64,000 nucleotides of DNA from Camelus dromedarius. Taxonomy: Eukaryota. The stretch is from positions 37,698,001 through 37,762,000 of the forward strand of contig NC_087447.1 in the NCBI RefSeq assembly GCF_036321535.1, written 5' to 3'. Shown here one piece after another: positions 25,321 through 36,397 of the stretch. Made by a program: the position numbers and the translations under genes. Below the pieces are notes generated by a model. The model worked only from the letters and a program-made list of their open reading frames with translations. It was not told where the DNA came from and made no database searches. Numbering within the stretch: the first letter of the stretch is position 1; every line of letters starts with the position of its first letter.

Positions 25321-27984
25321 CTGCTTCCCATCCTGCCTACCCCTCAAAGGGAGAGGGCAGAGAGCACGATGAGGATCCTCAACACAGGGAGACAGGAAGG
25401 GCCATTTTCCCAAAGAAGAACTTCAGGGACTGCTTATCAGCAACAGGAAGATGAAGGGAAGCTGTGGGCCACAGACTCTGCCTAAAGCTCTGGGTGGTGG
25501 GAGGACTGGCCAGGATCATGGGCCCCAGAGATGTAATTGCTGCTTTCAGGCCAAACCCACTCCCGGCCGTGCAGTTCCAGGAGCTGCCTTCCAGGATGAC
25601 AGACTCAGAGATGAGGACAGACAAGGGGCGCCTGTGGGGAAAGCAGAATCTGGTTTTCTTTTAGAATGAGCTGAAAATAACTTCTATTTCTAGAGGTTGT
25701 TTAAACAGATACCCCCTCCTCCCCCAGCAGCGACCAAACACACAGAGGAGAATAAACAAGCAGACCAGTAAGCCGACCAGTAAGCCCGTGGATCCCTGCC
25801 TCCTGCCTCCTCCTAACCCCACTCAGTGGCTCATACCCCAGCCCTGTCAAGCAGGCATATCCCACTTAGTTCCAAGGCCAGGTCTGACCAGAGCAGGGAG
25901 GACAGCAGGAGCTTCTGGCCAGTAGGTGGAGGGAAATGGGTCAGTGCTCAAGGCATCATGTATACCATGTACCTTCCACCCAGCCTGACTTTGCCCAGTG
26001 TGCTTTGCTCCCAAGCTGCCCAAGTTACAACTAAACCATTGGAATAAAAATACAATTGTGTTTCACTAATTAATTAACTTGAAAATAGAGAATTGGATGA
26101 AAGCTCTGAAGTCACAGAGAAAGAGAAAGTAGACGAAACCCACCAGTAGTAATAACTAATATTTATTGGACTGTTAACTGTGCCTCAGGCTATATAATTA
26201 TGTAGCATTTTATTCTCGCAATAACCTGGTTAAGTTAAAAATCTCTCCATTTCACAGATGAGAATAACGAGGTACAGAAGACATACATGACTTAGGAGAG
26301 CCAGAACTCCATGGAGGCAGCCCAGTTCCAAAGACTATGTGCATACCAGCTACACTATGTGGTTTCTCTGTCTCTCTCATCCACCAGACTTTGAGAAGTC
26401 CTCAAGGGCAGGACTTCTCAATGGTTTATCTCAGCATCAGCAGCACTCAGCACAGGGCCTGGCATATAGCAGGTATCAATAAATACTTAATTGAATCAAG
26501 CAAACCAGAGATAGCCTGGGAGGCAGATTGTGAGCCTTGCCACACCAGCTAAAAATATTTCCAGAATTTGCAGTGTTACAAAAAGTGAGCAGGAGTGCCC
26601 GGACCTGGCACATAGATCGGAATCTCTGAACTCACTCCATCCTCTGTTCTGGGACTATGTTTCAGAAGTGGACTCAATCTTTGGCTGGGATGTAAGACAA
26701 AGTACAGGTGAGCTCCTTGCTATGATTTCTCCCTGTAGCCAAAGTTTGAGGTTTTGTAAGTAATTAGATCCCACAAAGGACATGATAATAAAGTTGTTTT
26801 GCTTTAAATAGAAATACTTAGAGGAGGTGTCAGCAGAACCAGAGAGACCTTTGTAACAAGGCATTTTGCAAAAACATTCCTGTATTCCATGAAGCAATGT
26901 TCTGGTTGGCTAGAGCTTGGACCATTAGAAACCCTTGTCCCAGTTCTCAGAACTGGTTTTCCAGTGAGATGTGGAGATTTATATATAAGCCTTGGGGAAG
27001 AGGCTGAAGGGAGGTTTGAGCTCCCACAGGAAGTGCCTGTCCCCCCATGATACCCATAACAAACGTAAAATATTCCCAACCAGTTTAATAAGGTTTAAAA
27101 CACTGAGCAGTGCCTCCCGGACAATCCCTGGCCAATTCAATGAGACATTATTGGTATTGATCACATGCCAGGCTTTCTGCTGATGACCCTTGCCCTGAGG
27201 AAGCTCATACAATCTAAGAGAAGAAACAGACATAAACAAATATAGCCCAACCACATTCTCATCCCAACATGGTATCACAGTGTCAGTTACTTCCAGGAGT
27301 CCCTGAAGTTCATCTCATAAATATTTCCCCCACAAAAGACTGGTTCAGTCAACCACAAGGTGGCATTGGATGATTCTGCCATCTTTTCTTTCTTTAGCAC
27401 CGTTACACTGGGCGTCATTCTAGCTGCCAGGTCCTGCCAGGTCCACCCAGCACGGCTGCCTTTCATTTTGGGTACTGTTTTATGCTGTTTGGTCTCTGCT
27501 AGACATCTCAGACTGTCACCGCTGCGGATGCTTTTCTCACTGCTGCATCTTCTAGGCACCACTGTGCCACTATCAGAGCCAGGCAGGGCACTGGGTCTTC
27601 TACACATGATGTGGCTTCTGTTGTGCACCAGTGCTCCCCTCAGACTAGACTGGACTGCCTGGATTAAATCCTCATCTGCCACCTGCTAACTATAACCTTG
27701 GGAAAGTTACATAACCCCTTTGTGTTTCAGTTTCCTCTTCCTTCGAGGCAAAAGGGAATGATAATAGTACCTAACTCCTAGGCTTTTTGTGACTATTAAG
27801 TGAAGTGAATATATGAATACATAAATACATATATTCACACACAAACATATGTATACAAATGTATGTATTTATTGGCTAAGAATAGTAACTGATAGGCAAC
27901 ACTGTATGTGTTAGTTGTTACTGGAGTGATCTGAATTAAAGCAGCTGCATCACCAGAACTTAGTTACTTAAAAGTAAGAGAAAT

Positions 27985-29750
27985 AAGGGGAAAATTCTGG
28001 AAAGATGACAGTAGTGGCAGCATAGTTTTTCAGTCTCTCCAATTTCCCAAATAAAAACTGACAGAGAAACCAGACAACAAAGCCAAACCCCCATGGATAA
28101 CACTTACAACAAACCTAGATGATAAAGCATCCCTACAAACCTCGAAACACACGCAGGTGGGGACAAACTGCCTGCAGCTGCAAGACGCTTGGTATCATCT
28201 GTACGAACGGAAGAAGGAAGCAATAAGGTGGCATCTGGTGAACACAAGAAAGGAGAACCCCTAGGGACACCCTGGGTATTTACTGGAAAGCACAGTATGA
28301 CAATGTGAGAACAGTAACTAAAATTGGAAAAGGGCTGCCTCTCCCCGAGGTGAGTGCAAGGCACCTACCCTGAACTCTCAAAACCAACCCATCAGCAACC
28401 TCTTCTACAGCAAAGTGCCACAATAGGAAGAAACTGCTAGGAGTAAAATCAAAATTGAGCCGGAAGAGACAACAGAGACAGAAGGAAGAGATGCTCAGGT
28501 CAATGCGAGGGGCAGGAGCACAGCTAGCAGCCTTAGAAAGCAGATCACTATAATTTTTAACTCTATACAAAAACACAAGAAGATAGAGTTCTGTTAAGTT
28601 AGAACAGCTTTCTCAAACCCTACCTCACCCTAATAGCTCATGAAAACTAATTTCACATAAAGGTAACCAACAAAAAAATTACCGAGGTCTTATCCCATGC
28701 ATAGTTATTTTTAAAAAGGAATGAAGGTCAGAATAATATCCCTATAATGAGAAAATGCCAGGAGAATGTACCCCCAAAATAGAAGGAAATTATAACTTAC
28801 TATTTCAATGTTTCAATAACTATTACAAAATGAGTCTAAATTTTTAAGAAAATTAAGTAAGACATGAAAGAGAAGCACAAAGCCTCTAACAGGTGTCCTA
28901 ACTCAGGAAAGAATTAGAAATAATACAGAACTGTCATTTTTTAGAAACAAAGACTAAACAAGAAGAAACTCAAGGCAATGCCTAAAGAGCATCAAACGCA
29001 AAATAAAGAAAATGTCGAAATATTTTTTTAAATGAAAAAAGAAATAAAAAAGATTTGAGAGGAAGTGACAAATCATAAGATACGCAAAGAAGTTATAATA
29101 TACACACAATAAGAGTTCCTGAGGATGAAGCCCAAAACACAAGAACAGAGTAAAGAATAAAAACTATAAGTCAGGAAAACTTTGCTGGAAAAAAATCTAA
29201 CTACCTAGTATACTGGATAAATCAAACCAAACATACAAGGCATATTCTAGTAAGATCATTGCACTTTTAAAAAGAAAAAAGAAAATCTTTTGAGCATCTA
29301 GAAATAAGTGCATGTTACTTATAAGGGATATAAAATTGTACTGTGATAATTATTTTTAGAGCAATTCTTTATACCAGAAAAAAAATGGAGTAACATATTT
29401 AAAATACTAAAACAAATAAAGTGTGAGCCAAGGATTTTATATTCAGCCAAAATGACGTTCAAGCATAAGATGAGAAGGATCTCTGATTCCTGTGGGCACA
29501 GCGGTCCTGGAAAACAACTACTCAACAACAATTAAGGTAAGGTGGAGAAGGTATAGCTCAAGTGGTAGAGCGCATGCTTAGCATGCATAAGGTCCTGGGT
29601 TCAATCCCTAGTACCTCCGTGAAAGATAAATAAGCCTAATTAGCACCCCCCCCCCCAACTAACAACAACAAAGCAAAACAAAAAGAATAACTAAATGAAA
29701 TCAACGGGACTCGGAGACCAAATGACAGGAAATAGTCAGAGCTGTGACCC
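27985..29750 (+). mobile_element. Old L1 5'UTR/ORF1 remnant interrupted by a SINE
   Basis: A-rich plus strand with ORF1-like ataagagttcctgagga and ccaaggattttatattcagccaaaatgacgttcaag (cf. PRILYPAKLSF). Confidence 0.7.
29544..29690 (+). mobile_element. tRNA-Ala-derived SINE (Vic-1 type)
   Basis: gtatagctcaagtggtagagcgcatgcttagcatgcataaggtcctgggttcaatccctagtacctcc (AGC anticodon loop), then a C run and A-rich tail. Confidence 0.9.
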
Positions 29751-29974
29751 AGGTTTTTAACTTGAGCAGCTGAATAGACAGGAGAAACTACTTCAGAAGA
29801 CAGGAAGGTGGGTTTGGTTTGAGATTTGCTGAGTCTCATGGACCTACTGCCTCCTCTTTTGAAGAGGGCCAGTCCCTCTCACTGGGCCGCCCTCCCATAG
29901 AACTTGACTCCCCAAACTTCCAAGCACTCCCAGCTTCTGTTCAGAGCGTGTGACCTCACAGGCGCCACCTTGAA

Positions 29975-30535
29975 TATCCATTCCATAAATATTTCCTTAG
30001 TGCCTACTGTGTGCCAGCAACTCTTTCAGCCGCTTGGGATACTTAGTGAAGGAAACAAACATCCCTGCCCTGTGGAGGATATACTGTAGCAGGGAGACCA
30101 GACAACAATAATAAAGATGATACATTTAAAAGTATATCACATGTTAAAAGTAGATAATTTCTATTAAAAAGTAGAGTTAGAGTAAGTGGGGACAATATTG
30201 TTCATGTGGGAGGAAGGGAGGTAACTGCCACTTTAAAGTAAGTGGTCAGGGTGGGGCTCATGGAGGAGGGAAGAAATGAGGGAATGCTTCCAGGTGGTGA
30301 GGAAATCACACAGGCTGAAATGCGGGTACTGAGCAGTCCAGGCGGAGGGAATAGACGGTGCAAAGACCCCGGGTGGGAATAGGCCTGGGTGTTTGAGAAA
30401 CGGTCCAGAGATAAGTGTGGCTGAACGGAGTGAGCAAGGGAAAGATGAGTAGAAGGTGAGCTCAGAGAAGGACGCAGGCTAGATCCAGGAGGAGCCTGGA
30501 AGCCTTTGCAAGCACTCTGGGTTTCACCCGGAATA
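29975..30535 (-). mobile_element. L2 LINE 3' fragment
   Basis: aaatatttccttagtgcctactgtgtgccag...gggaatagacggtgcaaagacccc. Confidence 0.7.
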
Positions 30536-32149
30536 AACAGAATTCCTCCTGAGACATCCGAGAAATCTTGTCACCAGATGTCAGCTGGGTCCACCTGTCC
30601 CCTCTGCCTTTTTCCAACCCGACCTGGAAGGCTCTCTCACTAAGGGTTTTATAAAAACAATGCATAGGTTAATTTAGAATGACTTAACCTCTGATATGCA
30701 GTGAACTATAAACTGTTTATTAAACAGTTAATTTAAGCATAATTATTTATGCAACAAGCTACAAATAATTTACAGTTTAGTTAGGATACTAACTTCCAAC
30801 CTCTCTTCATGAAGGCACTGCGGAACTGGTAAAACGCAGCCAATAGCAACTAAAGGAAATGTTGCTTCTCTGATCTTGTTCAGCTCTTCCCGTGTTTTCG
30901 TTGCACTGCTTCTGACCCATTTCTGAATCCCACGCTGAGCTGCAGCAGCACAGACCTTTCTGTGGGTTGGGGCTTTTGTCAAAGGGGCAGGTAATTCTCC
31001 ATCTCTCCATCCCTAACCACTCCTAGTTCACATTTTAAGTGTAGTGGTGTTGGACAGCTCACAGCAGGCTTGCCTGTGACTTGCAGCTGACCCACCTGTG
31101 CGATGCCAGAACCAGGAAGGGGGTCATTTCTCCTTTGAAGAATCTGCAGGTTTCCTGCATCACCGATTGCACTGGGGGAATAGCCTCTGTTCCTCTGTGT
31201 TCCCTGCACTGACCCTTTGCTCCAAGCTGTAGAACTGGAAAAGTTTTCAGATCTCTACCCAGAAATCCTCAGTTTCATTATTCATCCTACCCATTTTGAC
31301 ATGTGTGCCATAACATTTTCTGCAGATTAAACCCAGGAGTTCTCCCCCCAGTACACCTCAAAGCTGATAAAAGGGAGTAACTTGTGAAGAGGACATGGAT
31401 AATGGCATTACAGTCACTTTGTCCCATCCATTTCACCAGGTTGCAGCTTCCATCAATCTGTAGGAGGGCTTGAAAGTAGGGAAGAGATTTGAATACTCTA
31501 ACAAGTCAATTAAAAAAAAAAACTAGCATAGTTTCAAGCATACTATAAAGGAAACTATTTATTGAGCACCTTCTGTATGCCAGGCACATATTAAGTGCTT
31601 ACACATACAATATCTGTCTTGCAGTTACAGGAATGCTATTTATTCTGCCCCATTTTACAGAGGAGGAAAAACCCACAGGCTCATAATGTTTCCAGTAGCA
31701 AGTCAATGGCAGAGCCTAGATCTCAATCCCAGTTTGCCTGATTCCAAACCCTGTGCCTTCGCTGTCCCTGGTCTGTCCAGCACCTATGGAGTGTGCTGTT
31801 GTTTCTCTTTCAGAAAGCCAGGGAACATGAATTTGGCTCCAGGTGACAGTTTCCAGTCCATTGTGCCGATGTATACATTTAATAGCTGCCTCCTCTCTGA
31901 TGACTCAGAGCCCATCTTGTTAACTTTATCAAACTCTGGCATTGTAGACGCCCTGGGAGAAAGAAGCCACTAACGATACTCCTGAGCCTTTCATTAACCC
32001 AGGAACAACTCATTTGTTAACATCTAAGAATATGTGTGTACATGCATTGTCAGTAAACAGATGAGAGCTGGCGGGGTGATACTCACAGCAGAACACCTGA
32101 GGAAGAACCATCACTGAGTCCTCAACCCGCTTCCAGTCTTGATAGCTGT

Positions 32150-32600
32150 GTGCCCTTGCATGTGACACTTGCCCTCTCTGAGCCTCAGTTCCCTGACCTG
32201 CTCTCCCCCTCATTTCCAAACCATTGTCCCAGCTACACTGAGTTCTCTTAAGTGTCTTTGCTGTGACTTCCAGCCCCCCAGCCTCGGCACGTGCTGAGCC
32301 CTCTCTCCATCTCCTATTCACACTGCTGATGCCTACACATCGTTGAAACTTGGCCTAAATGTCTCTTCTGAAGTAGGTTTCTCTGACTCCTAGATGAGCT
32401 TTTGTCCCGTGTGCAGTGTGCCTGTAGCACTGTCTTTCCTCCATCATGACACAGATCATAATGTCTAACTACTTGTTTATCCACTAGCCTGTGAGCAGAG
32501 GCAGGGTTGTGTCTGTCGTGCCCACCCCCCGCCACCTGCTTCCCCTGGCACTGGACTTAATACAGGGAAGATGCTCAGTGTATATTTATGGAACTGAATT
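32150..32600 (+). mobile_element. L2 LINE 3' fragment
   Basis: cctaaatgtctcttctgaagtaggtttctctgac...gcagggttgtgtctgtc...gatgctcagtgtatatttatggaactgaat. Confidence 0.65.
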
Positions 32601-34286
32601 AAGTTTTAAAATCTATCAAATGGGAATGACAATGACCTGTACTGTTGTCCTGTCTCATCAGGTTAGTATGACAAGCTCCAAAACGTACTGAGGCTGGGCC
32701 CTGTGCCAACTGTCATGGGGATGGCTTCATGCAGTTCTCACAATGACCCCGAGGGCACAATAATGATCTTAGTTTTACAAATGAGGAGACTGAAGCCTGG
32801 AGAGGTTACATGAACTATCTGACATCACCCAGCTTGTAAGTGGCAAAGTTTGGCTCTCAACCCAGCCTATCAGACTCCAGACCCCCATGTCCTTTATGTC
32901 ACACTAAACTGCATTATGAAAGGCCATGCTCTGTCCAGATGGCAGGCTTAGTACCGTCAGGTGGATATTATAAACGCATTCGCACATACATGAGCTCAGC
33001 CCTTGCTTGTCCTCAGGTTTCACGGCTGTAACACGGGACCTGATGTATAGACTGAAGAGGGTTTAGCTTTGTCTTTCCCCATTCTATTCTCCTCCTAGGA
33101 GAGCATTTAGGGAGAGTATTTTCCTTTGCCAAAGTGGAATATTTAGGAGGACTCACACCTCAGAGGTGTCAGTTGCCATCCTGGTACCTCTGCAAGGTTC
33201 TGGGAAAGAGGTGAGAGTACCGAAGTCAGGACTAGAGTGTTTCCAAGAGCCCGTCTACACCATCAGCGACTCCACAGACCCTGTCAGCCTCCAGCCCCCA
33301 GTGCTTGGATCCCCTTCCTCCAATGCACCCTCGCTCCACCCCCAGCCTCGGGCTCTGACCCAGAGTTCTCTATCCACAGGTGTGGGCGGACTCCAGGGAC
33401 AAAAGATCCTTCACCGTGGGCTTCCAAGGGACCCCTACATGCAGAGACTTGAGGAGGCTGCCTGTCCCACCAGGTCCCACAGCCAGTACGTGCTGGGGCC
33501 AGGCCTGGAGCCCTGATGTCCTGGCGTCTTCTGTGTGCATTCTCAGCACTAGCCTGTTCTGGAGGCTGAGGACAAAGCTGAACAGGAAGAAATCCCAGCA
33601 CTCACACAGCTCAGGCAAGACCCTAAACAGGCAGGAAAGTGTCAAGAATCCAACCTGATAACAATTATAACAGTAGCTAATGTGTTGAGTTCCAGCAGTT
33701 GGCCAGGCATGCTCTAAGCCCTCTCTCTATATTACCTCTTTAATCCTCCCTGAAGCCCAAGGAGCGAAGACAATTATTACCCACACTTACAGATGAGGAG
33801 ACTGTTGGGAGAGTCACATGGTGGGTAAGTGGTGGAGCAGTTACTCAGACCCACAGTCTAGAGCCTGAGTCTCTCCCCATATCAACTAAACACTGCTCTG
33901 CCTTCAAGAAGCTGTGAGCAGGATAGTCTAAGCTCACAGGAGATGGAGGGCCTGACTTTGCCTGGGAATATGTACACAAAGGAAATGACATTTGCCCTGG
34001 TTCTGAGAGGAGAGGAGTTGGCCAGGATGACAAGTGCAAAAGGACTTCCACATAAATATAAAACAGCCTAGAGACATAAAAATAGTAATACAACCAAAAT
34101 TTTCACTAGACTCAAGTATCAGGGGCCTAAGGAGAGAGAAAGGGACCAGCTGATCAAAAACCTTGAATACCATGATTAGGAATTTGGACTGAATCCTGAA
34201 GGCAACTTGGAGTCACTCAAAACATTTTAAAGCAGGGCAGGGACTTAGGAGAAAATGGACTGGGGCCAGGTCAAATACTATACAAG

Positions 34287-34463
34287 GTGAGGAGGGTATA
34301 GCTCAGTGGTAGAGTGTGTGCTTAGCATGCATGAGGTCTGGGATCAATCCCCAGTACCTCCGTAACATAAATAAATAAATAAACCTAATTACATTCCCCA
34401 AAAAATACAAACAAAAAAATGAAAATAAATTCATCTGGAATATTTTTTTAAATTTGAAAAAAT
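34287..34463 (+). mobile_element. tRNA-Ala-derived SINE (Vic-1 type) with perfect 14-bp TSD
   Basis: gagggtatagctcagtggtagagtgtgtgcttagcatgcatgagg...; TSD aaatactatacaag at 34273-34286 and 34464-34477. Confidence 0.93.
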
Positions 34464-36038
34464 AAATACTATACAAGAAGGTAATCTGTTGGGAGAAGAT
34501 GGTTAAAAAGCAGAGAGAGGACAGAAGGCTGAACTAAGGCAGTGACATGGGACAGGAAGGTCTGGGAGGGAGATGAGAGGATATGAGGTGGAAGGAGGGG
34601 AAGGAGCAAGGCTGGCTCCTGGGTCTCTGGTCTGGGTGACCGTGATGGGTGCTGCCCCAGCCGAGGTAGGAAACCTATCACTTAGCGCAGCTTCCAGATG
34701 AGGCACAATAACCAGTGGAATATATGAGGCCACAGCAGAGGTAGGGGCCAGGTCCTGCAGGGAGGTCCTTCAAAGAGGCCCCAACCTTCCCAGGGAGGAG
34801 AGCAGACCCGGTGAACCCAGCCCGGTCTGGCCACAAGCCAGTCCACTCCCAGCCGCGGTCACTGTGCCGCCACATAATGAGATGCTCTTCTCAATTTCAG
34901 AGTCCAGGGACTGTGGCTCCTTAAGGTTTGGACTGTGTTAGCGCTGAGCATCCCATAATTGCATAGCTCACCAGATTCTCTGTCATTAGCTCTCTGGTTC
35001 TCAGGGCTCCACCTCTCCTACTGGACTTGCTGTTTGACCCCAACATAAAAAGACTGGTTAAACAGGGAGGGTTTCGCTGTGCGGTGGGGGCGGGCTACCG
35101 TCCCTGCACCTCACAACCGTCCTCGGCCATGACCTTGGAGCTGCCATCTCACTGTGCATGAAATCTTTCTGTTGCAAGTACAGGTGGTCTGATTTCTCAC
35201 ACAGAGGAAGAGAACTGAAAACTGAGGTCCAAGCAGATGGACTGGCAATGAGTCACATGCCCTTCATGATGGAAAACCACCGCAGTCAGGAGCCTGTAGG
35301 GTCTCCAGCCAAAGAGATGGAGGAGCCAGGGGCCAGGACTGGGGTTTGATTGCCTCTGTCTCCACTGTGAATCAGAACCCGAGCCTGATGCTATGAAGAT
35401 TGCTCCTGTGCCTGCGCAGCAGGGAGGGCATCCCAGACAGTGAACAGGGCTCACAGGAGCCCTGCCCAGTTCCTAGCAGAGTCCCTGGGAGAAGAGGATG
35501 ACTACTCCCCACGTCGTCTGCCTTTTGCTCCCTGATGGTGGCTTTCCTGGACATCTGGAAGGAGGTAACTGAGCCTCCAAATCTGGGTCTTCTGGAGTCT
35601 GGCAGATTTCAAACACAAAGCCAGATGTAACCACAAACATCCACACACCAGGCTACTGATCGGATAATTTTTTTTTAATCCAGAATTATGCAGGGTGGGA
35701 AGGGAGTAGCACTGTCTTATACTAAGGAATTATAGTATGAAACAATGGGCTCCCTAAAATATGTCTAAAGTCAGGGGGAATTAACTGCCCACAGAGCAAG
35801 CAGGGGAGAATTACCAACAATAGAGCACCTTCTGTGTACCAAGAACTCTCTCTCCTTCGGGCCATACAGAGGTGTGATAGTTGGAGATCATCGACCCATT
35901 TTTACAGATGTAGAAACTGAGGCTTAGAGGTATTGCTTAACTTGTCTAAGACCTCACTATTAAGAGTAATGATAAAGCTAAAATTGACTGAGTGCTTGTT
36001 ACATTCTGGACACTATGCTAAATGCTTAATCCAATCTT

Positions 36039-36397
36039 TCTTTCCTTTTTTTTTTTTTTTAAGAATAGAAGAGTTTTATTTGAGCCAAACTGTGGACTAG
36101 CCCAGAAGCCCACTTCCCAGATTACTCTGTGAAACTGCTTCAGAGAAGCAGGATTTTCAGCACAGTTTTACATCTTGTCAGAAGAAAGAGACATTAACAA
36201 GCCAGGATTACATTTCTTCAAGGTTTCCAAAAGTAAAAGGACAGGCCAGCACATACACAGCGAGTCTATGGCCTTGATATCTGGGAAGGGAGTCTCATTT
36301 TCAAAGGAGGACCAGCATTGTGGCCCCAGGAAGAGGGGCATTTAATCTTTATATTTAACATGGACATTCTTTACTTCTGGTCAATGTGCCCTTTTGT
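36039..36397 (-). mobile_element. Polyadenylated ERV1-type LTR segment (U3-R) inserted by L1 machinery
   Basis: T15 at 36046-36060; AATAAA on the minus strand at 36075-36080; perfect 13-bp TSD ttaatccaatctt (36026-36038 / 36398-36410); body resembles MER41/MER4-group LTRs; splits a MIR. Confidence 0.8.

Noticed and set aside
27805..27838. 11-bp inverted repeat gtgaatatatg / catatattcac
   Set aside because: Lies in a low-complexity TA/CA expansion inside a MIR; expected by chance.
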